In this document: piece by piece, positions 55,570 through 64,000 of the stretch
Numbering within the stretch: the first letter of the stretch is position 1
Layout of the letters: every line of letters starts with the position of its first letter
Assembly (NCBI RefSeq): GCF_009914755.1
Contig: NC_060932.1
DNA length: 64,000 bases
DNA from: the human T2T-CHM13v2.0 reference genome, Homo sapiens
Strand: one strand, 5' to 3'
Notes under the pieces: model-generated
The model's input: only the letters and a program-made list of their open reading frames with translations
The model's database searches: none
Told to the model about the DNA's origin: nothing
Translations under genes and position numbers: made by a program

Positions 55570-56136
55570 TCAATGGGCAGCCACCACGTTTCCACCTGGG
55601 ATGGAAGGGGCCTGTTTCACCTTACAGGGGCCTTGTTTAATTTAAAAGACATGGCCTGGGCAAGCCATTTAAACCTGCGGGCGCCTCCGTTAGTCCCTTC
55701 CTGCAAAATGGAAATGGTGACACTTGTACCTCCGAGGGCCGCTATGAGGAAGAACTCACATCCGGCTGCCCTGTGAAGCACCTCAATGGCTGCAGCCCCG
55801 GCCAGCATTTGGAGCAGACCTCAGGGCTTGGCACTTCACAGCCTCCCCTGGCCTCCATTTCTCGGTCTCCCCAGCCAGCCTGAAGTTCCCGAGAGAACAA
55901 GCCATATCCTGTCTGCTTGTCATCTGACTCATAGGCTCAGCAGACACTGCTTGCTAGCTTGATAAATATATGTGACCCCTTCAGATTCTCTTGTGACGTA
56001 GATTTCCACCTCAGTTATATGCACAGAGTAAAACAGTGCTCCGTGGACACCCTAATACAGGTTGGTTTGCTGATCGCACATGAGAGCTGTGTTTCCCACA
56101 GTGTGCTCTGTGAAAGCCTAATTCCATGGAAGGTTA

Positions 56137-56466
<330 letters not shown>

Positions 56467-56808
56467 TTAGTTTGGGAGGCACTAGGTGAGGCAAACATAA
56501 ACTGTTTCTTTGCTGCAGGACTTCTCAGTGCCTTTAATATGTTGATGTGCACTGGGAATCTCCAAGACAGGGAGTAGGGTGGACTGCTGTTTCTCCAAAC
56601 CTACCTTATCCTAAAGCTGTTCCTCCATGGGAGGTCTCAGGGCACTACCATTCTGCTGAACACATTTGGGTAAATGAAGGAAATGCTGATCTAGAGCTGT
56701 AGAAACCGTATAGCCCTCAGGTGTCTTCCCTCAGGGCTGTGCTGGGAGAAGTTAAAGGCGGCTTTGAGGAGCTGGGAAAGATAAGGCCCTAGGTTTCCCT
56801 TGTGGTTA

Positions 56809-57669
<861 letters not shown>

Positions 57670-57844
57670 CTACTTGGCACCTTTTAGCTGAGGAAACTAA
57701 GGCTTTATTCACCCAATCAATGGACGAAGAAACTGAGGCAGAAAGCAGAGACCCCATTTACCTCTTCAGACATGCGACTTCAAGAAGCCAGCACTAGAAT
57801 TGATTCCACTTCTCCTTATGCTTGCATTTTGTTGGTTTATCTAT

Positions 57845-58147
57845 GAATCCATCCATCTATCCATGCATCCATCCATCCATGCATCCATCCATCCACCCAC
57901 CCATCCATCCATCAACACATCCATGCATCCATCCATGTATCCATCCATCCATCCATCTATGCATCCTTCCATGTATCCATCCATCCATGGATCAATCCAT
58001 CCATCCACCCACCCACCCACCCATCCATCCATCCACCCATTCATCCATCCATGCATGCATCCATCCATCCATCCATCCATCCATCCATCCATGCATCCAT
58101 CCACCCACCCACCCACGCATCCACCCATCCATGCATCCATCCATCCC
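57845..58147. repeat. (CATC)n/(GGAT)n compound tetranucleotide repeat in BLK intron 10
   Basis: About 300 bp of catc/catg/cacc/tatc units. Confidence 0.95.
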
Positions 58148-58699
58148 CTTGCTACACCATGCAATCAATACTCATTTACTAATATGGGACTGTGGGGAAT
58201 ATAAAACTGAGTACTAAATATATCTGGGCAGCATCTAACAGTACTCGTTCTGATAACTAATATTTATTGAACAGTACCAGAAATATATTTTAAAAAATGT
58301 TGAGTAGGGCCCAGATCTGCTTTCAAGAAGAAGCTGCCCAGATCTGCTGAGCAAGAACAGTGCTTCCGGGAACACCTGAGCTAAGGGCTCTCTGGCAGTT
58401 TCTTGTCCAGGGAAACCTTCATAGAAATGACATTACGCTTGAGCCATGGATGATGATAAGGATTCTGCCAGGTGGGAAGTGTTCAAGGCTTCCTGGGCAG
58501 AGGAGGCAGAGGGGTGGCGAGGCATGGGGCATGGGAACCGGTGGCATCTGGCTGCAAAGTGGGGCCCGAGGGATTGTGATTGCAGGGTTCCTGTGGGGTT
58601 GGCCAGATCTGGCATTGGAGGAAAGGTCTGGCGAGACTTTGCATGGCTTCCTATGGAGTAAGAAAAGAAGAGCCCAGAAGGGCCGGGTGTGTGTCTGCT

Positions 58700-58975
58700 C
58701 ATGTGTGTGTAAGTTTGCGTGTTTGTGTGTGTGTTTGTGTGTGTGTTTGTGAGTTTGTGTAAATGTGTTTGTGTGAGTTTGTGTTTGAGTCTGAGTCTGT
58801 GTATTTGTGTGTCTGTGTGAGTTTGTGTGTGTGAGTCTGTGTGTCTGTGTGTGTGTGTGTGTCTGTCTGTGTGTGAGTTTGCATGTCTGTGTGAGTCTGT
58901 GTATGTGTTTGTGTTTGTCCGTGTGTGTGAGTCTGTGTTTTTATGTGTGTGAGAGTGTGTGTGTGTACATGTGTG
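58700..58975. repeat. Degenerate (TG)n tract in BLK intron 10
   Basis: About 270 bp of interrupted tgtgtg. Confidence 0.93.
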
Positions 58976-60218
58976 CTTAGAGAGCCATTGGCATGGTCAG
59001 CATGTGGTTAGAGGCTGCCCTTCTGGGAAGTTCTGATTTTCTGGCTCCTCACCCCCGATTCTGTGGCTACATCCAGGTATTAAACTCCGATGGCTTTTCA
59101 CATCCTTTGCCCCTGGGTCACATGAGATTTTCCAAGGGGGTGTAGTGGGGATTGAATAGGAGACAGCGGAGGGTGAGAGAAGGAAGGGGAAAGGAAGCAG
59201 CAGCAGTGGGCAGGCTTATCACTGCCCTGGGGTTTGAAGCCGGTTACCAGCACTCATTTTCCAAAACCAGCCTGCCCAGATGGCTGTCTGCCCACCTCAG
59301 CGGAAAAAGGCGTTGTGGCATCAGTTCCTGCAGCGGCACTACTGGGTAAGGCTGGGCGAGGGGCGAGGTGGGAGGGCTGATGTGGGCGGTGGGTGGGAGC
59401 GTTTCCTCTCGGTGGCAGCTGTATGTGTGTGTGTATGTGTACGCACGTGTGTGCCTCACAGGCTGACCACAGACCAAAACTTTTCTGCTGAGAGTTCCAG
59501 TTTTAACAGGGCCACCAGATGTGCTTCCTGCCAGCTAGAGCTCTCGGCTAAAACCCTCCTCTCCACTCTGCTCTTCACCCCATGGAGTCCAGAAGGTTCT
59601 GCATGTGAACGTGAGGGACACTGAGGACCAGTCCTGGGTAGCCGAGGAGGTCCAGCACTCGCAATTCCCTGGTGGCAGAAGGTGGGGCTGTCCTCCAGGG
59701 CTCAGAGAAGTCATGTCCCTGGCATCTGTGTGTAGCTCAGGCCTGCCCATCAGCCTGGGGTCGACGCCAGGGCTGTGCAAAGGCTGAGGGCCCCTGGGAT
59801 GGGAAGTCCTACAGGAGATGTTTGTGGGCACCATCTAAGGAAGAGATGAGGTCACAACAGAACACACTTGCCTGCCGGGTTCAATGGAACTCTTGCTAAC
59901 TCTGTGTGTTTCCCATGACATTCATTCGCCCTCTCTTCCTTCGGAACAGAATAACCTCATTCCAACACAGCTGCCCGGGTCTAAGGCTCCATTCCCTGGG
60001 CTCCCTCACAGCTGCGTGGGGCAGGAGGCACAGTGGCCAGGGTTTGCAAGTCCAAGTGCAGTGGGTGACCTTGGGGATATCTGCCTAGAGGAAGGTGGCC
60101 TTCAGTACCCCCTGACTTCTCCTGCTGGCTGAGAGGATGGGGTGGTAAGGCACGAGCAGCCATTGTGGACAGCAGGTGGCACATGCCGCCCTTCCTCTGC
60201 ACCTGGTACTTCACCAAC

Positions 60219-60295
60219 CTGCGCCGACATGTCAATCAGCCTTGGGAGTGACAATCTGCTCCCTTCATCTGTCTTCAGGAAATCCAGCAGGCATC
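60219..60295 (-). CDS. BLK: BLK coding exon (exon 10)
   Basis: (G)CLLDFLKTDEGSRLSLPRLIDMSAQ. AG at 60296-60297 after a polypyrimidine tract, GT at 60217-60218; 77 bp. Confidence 0.97.
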
Positions 60296-61308
60296 CTAAG
60301 AAAAGAGAAGTTGCAAGTGCCCTTCTGCAAAGTGACCCGCCCCTGGTGGTGCCAGCCTCTCTCTGGTGTGAGTGGCTCCCCATGGGCGCGGGAAGTGGGA
60401 GTTTGCACCCTCAGATCTCTCGGTGCATCAGGAAGGATCTACCTACTGCTGCCGAGTGCCTTCCACTTTACAAAATGCCAGTCTCAGCACCCCGGGAGGC
60501 AGCCAATATACCAGCAGTTGCCCAGAAGTTAGGTTTCAGCCAGGTGCAGGGACCTGTCTGAAGTCACCCAGCCGGGAGCTGCGAGTGGGACCCCAGTTCT
60601 GACTCGAAGTTTCATGCCCCTTCTTGTCTTTCCCCCCGTGTTGGCCTCGCTCCCTTGATCCCTGCTGGCAGACACCCTCTGCCTCTGAGGACCAGGCATC
60701 AGCAAGAAAGCACCAGAATGGAGAGAACTGTCCCCCAGGTTTGGTGCAGGGGACAAATGCAGCTCCCCCTGGAATCAGAAAGCTGGGAGGGATGGATGCT
60801 TGCCCTAGGGGCAGGCTAGAGGCACCCCCAGCACAGCCTCCGACCGGGGGCCCCTTGGTGACAGTTGTTAGGGAGCTATATCAACATGGGCATGTTAGGA
60901 TCCTATAGGAGCAGTGTGCGGTCAGGGTCATAGGAGGGTGAGAAAGTGGCATGAGAACTTGGCCACGCCGTGGACCTCAGAGGCCATCAAGCCCAACCTC
61001 TCTGGCCATCCTTGTAAAATATTCACACAGTTGTAAATGGTTGCATGACCAGGAGGCAGGAGACCTGGATCTAGTACTGTCCCTGCATGCCTGGCCTGGT
61101 GTTCGTTTGACTTTGCAATGCTCTGTCCCTCCCAGCAGGCATCAAAGAGTGCTAGGCACAGAAGATGCACTCCAGAAATGCTGTCTGAACTGCTCCTGGG
61201 CTGAGAACATGGCTCTGTCAGAACCACTTCACCCTCCTGTTTCTCACCCTCCCTCTGTCCCTCCCCCTCCCTCCATCCCTCCCTGTCCCCACACCGTGCC
61301 ATGCCCTA

Positions 61309-61659
<351 letters not shown>

Positions 61660-62181
61660 TTAACCAAAATCGGGGTAAGTGCCCAGGTGCCACCCCATTC
61701 CAGGTGCCAGAGCTGGAACATGCAGTTCCGGAGGCCATGGTTGTGTGGTGCCTACCTTGCGTTCCAGGTCCCTTCTATATGGGGCCTCAGGCAGTGGAGG
61801 AATGTACCCTGCCTGGGGGGCATTTCACCTATTTGCCCCACACCCTGGGCCTGTGTCCTTCTGTCCTGCACGGAACCTGTGTCCTTCCCCCACCCCTCCC
61901 CTACATAATGAGTCTCTTCTATCACACAATAACTCCTTGGTGGAAATAAGCACACAGCCTGGGGTACACTGGGCAGGAGGATGACGCATGGGGGTCTCCT
62001 TCTCTCCTTCTGAAGCCCCATGGCGATCCTGTCCCACTCCTTAAACTATCTGTATCTCCACACTCTCCCTGTACTCCATGAAGTCCCCTGAAGGGCAAAA
62101 GACAACTCTACTTGCTTTTCTAGAGGACATGGGCCTTGGCAGGGACCTGGGTACAGCTCCTGCCAAAAGCACCGTGGGCAT

Positions 62182-62249
62182 CAGCCCCAGGTAAGGGAGC
62201 ACTCATGGACCAGCCCCAGGTAAGGGAGGACTCATGGACCAATCCAGGG
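62182..62249. repeat. 29-bp tandem duplication plus partial third unit in BLK intron 8
   Basis: cagccccaggtaagggag(c/g)actcatggac at 62182-62210 and 62211-62239. Confidence 0.92.
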
Positions 62250-62714
62250 ATAAAACGGAACACGAGTTTTATATCCTGGTGGGCGGGGGGGGAAGGGGGC
62301 AGGTGTCAGCAGCGATGGAAATGTGAGGACACCAGGCCTGGAGCTTCAGTGACTTGGCCAAAGTCCCACGGCTGCCCTCGGTGTGCACTCAGGCTCTGGA
62401 ACATCATGGCTCATCACGTTTAACCTCCTGTTTCCATCTGGGTGATGAAAAGCTAAGGGGAGTTAACGCGCCGCTGCAGCTCATTGTCAAAGCCAGCTTC
62501 AGGCAGAGAACGAAGGAGGGAGCGACTTCGGGGCTGGGTGAGCTGGATTCTGTTCCTGCTCTGCCACCACCATAAGCGGTCCCAGCTGTTACAACGCGGC
62601 TCTGCACCTCCACTTCCTCCTCTGTAAAATGAGTGTCCTCGCCTCTGTCCTCGCTCCCTCTCAAGACTTCTGGGGGAGGGATGACACGCTATGAAAATGC
62701 TGAACCTGGACTCA

Positions 62715-63161
<447 letters not shown>

Positions 63162-63306
63162 CTAAGGGGTTCCCTGCTGAGCCAGGAGAGGGAATTAGGG
63201 CCACCAATTCCCGGTGCTCAGAGTTGCTACCTCCTTAGGCCTAACTTTGGGATAATCTTTCCATCCCCCAAGGTGGCACCAATGACTCACACAATTGGGA
63301 ATCTTA

Positions 63307-63582
<276 letters not shown>

Positions 63583-64000
63583 TCATTTTAAAGCTTTGAA
63601 AAAAGTTCCCCAATTCTGTTCTTCATTATCAGCACTCCCTCCACAAGTTTCCTTTCCCTGCATCTCAACCTCCATGCTTTTGGAAGCCTCCCCTGTAAGT
63701 TCCATCTGACTCTGACCTTGGCATCCCCCCACTATCCTGCAAAACTCAGCCAGGGAATCACAGAGCCCTGCGGCAGGCAGCACAGTTTCTCAGCAATCAT
63801 GTAGGTCCCCACTTGGGCATCTGGTCACTCGGGGACCCTTTGTCATGGACTATTGAGAAATCTAGTCTCGTTGGAGTGACTAGGGGCTTTATTTTCTGGC
63901 TAAAGAGGGTATCTCTTACTCCTACAAGCAGATAGCCATTTACAGCTGCAAGTACCCATGTCCATGGCGGACACCGTAATAAGCTATGCCCAGGGGCTCT

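Noticed and set aside
57800-58217. His/Pro-rich and Gly/Trp/Met/Asp-rich ORFs
   Set aside because: Translations of the (CATC)n repeat.

Overview
This is eukaryotic DNA, almost certainly human (Alu, L1PA2-like, THE1 and MER elements). The minus strand carries the 3' half of the Src-family kinase gene BLK: seven coding exons with canonical GT-AG boundaries, the stop codon at 54166-54168 and the AATAAA signal at 53690-53695. Those exons encode the end of the SH2 domain, the kinase domain and the C-terminal regulatory tyrosine. The remaining ~53 kb is 3'-flanking sequence, which by recalled 8p23.1 gene order runs toward GATA4. It contains the probable LINC00208/C8orf14 unit (92-aa ORF), many Alu, L1, MaLR-LTR, MIR and DNA-transposon remnants (several nested, with readable target-site duplications), short tandem repeats and CpG-rich candidate regulatory elements. 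I found no prokaryotic-type system such as CRISPR and no new protein-coding gene. The most interesting signals are: a patchwork of inverted templated insertions inside a young L1; a 60-bp tandem array with an RFX X-box upstream of LINC00208; convergent CTCF motifs around LINC00208; a GC/CpG-enriched MIR in the BLK 3'UTR; a possible L1 3' transduction; and a GATA/ETS-rich CpG element near 4.5 kb. Exon numbers, residue numbers, repeat subfamilies and locus context come from memory and need checking by alignment.
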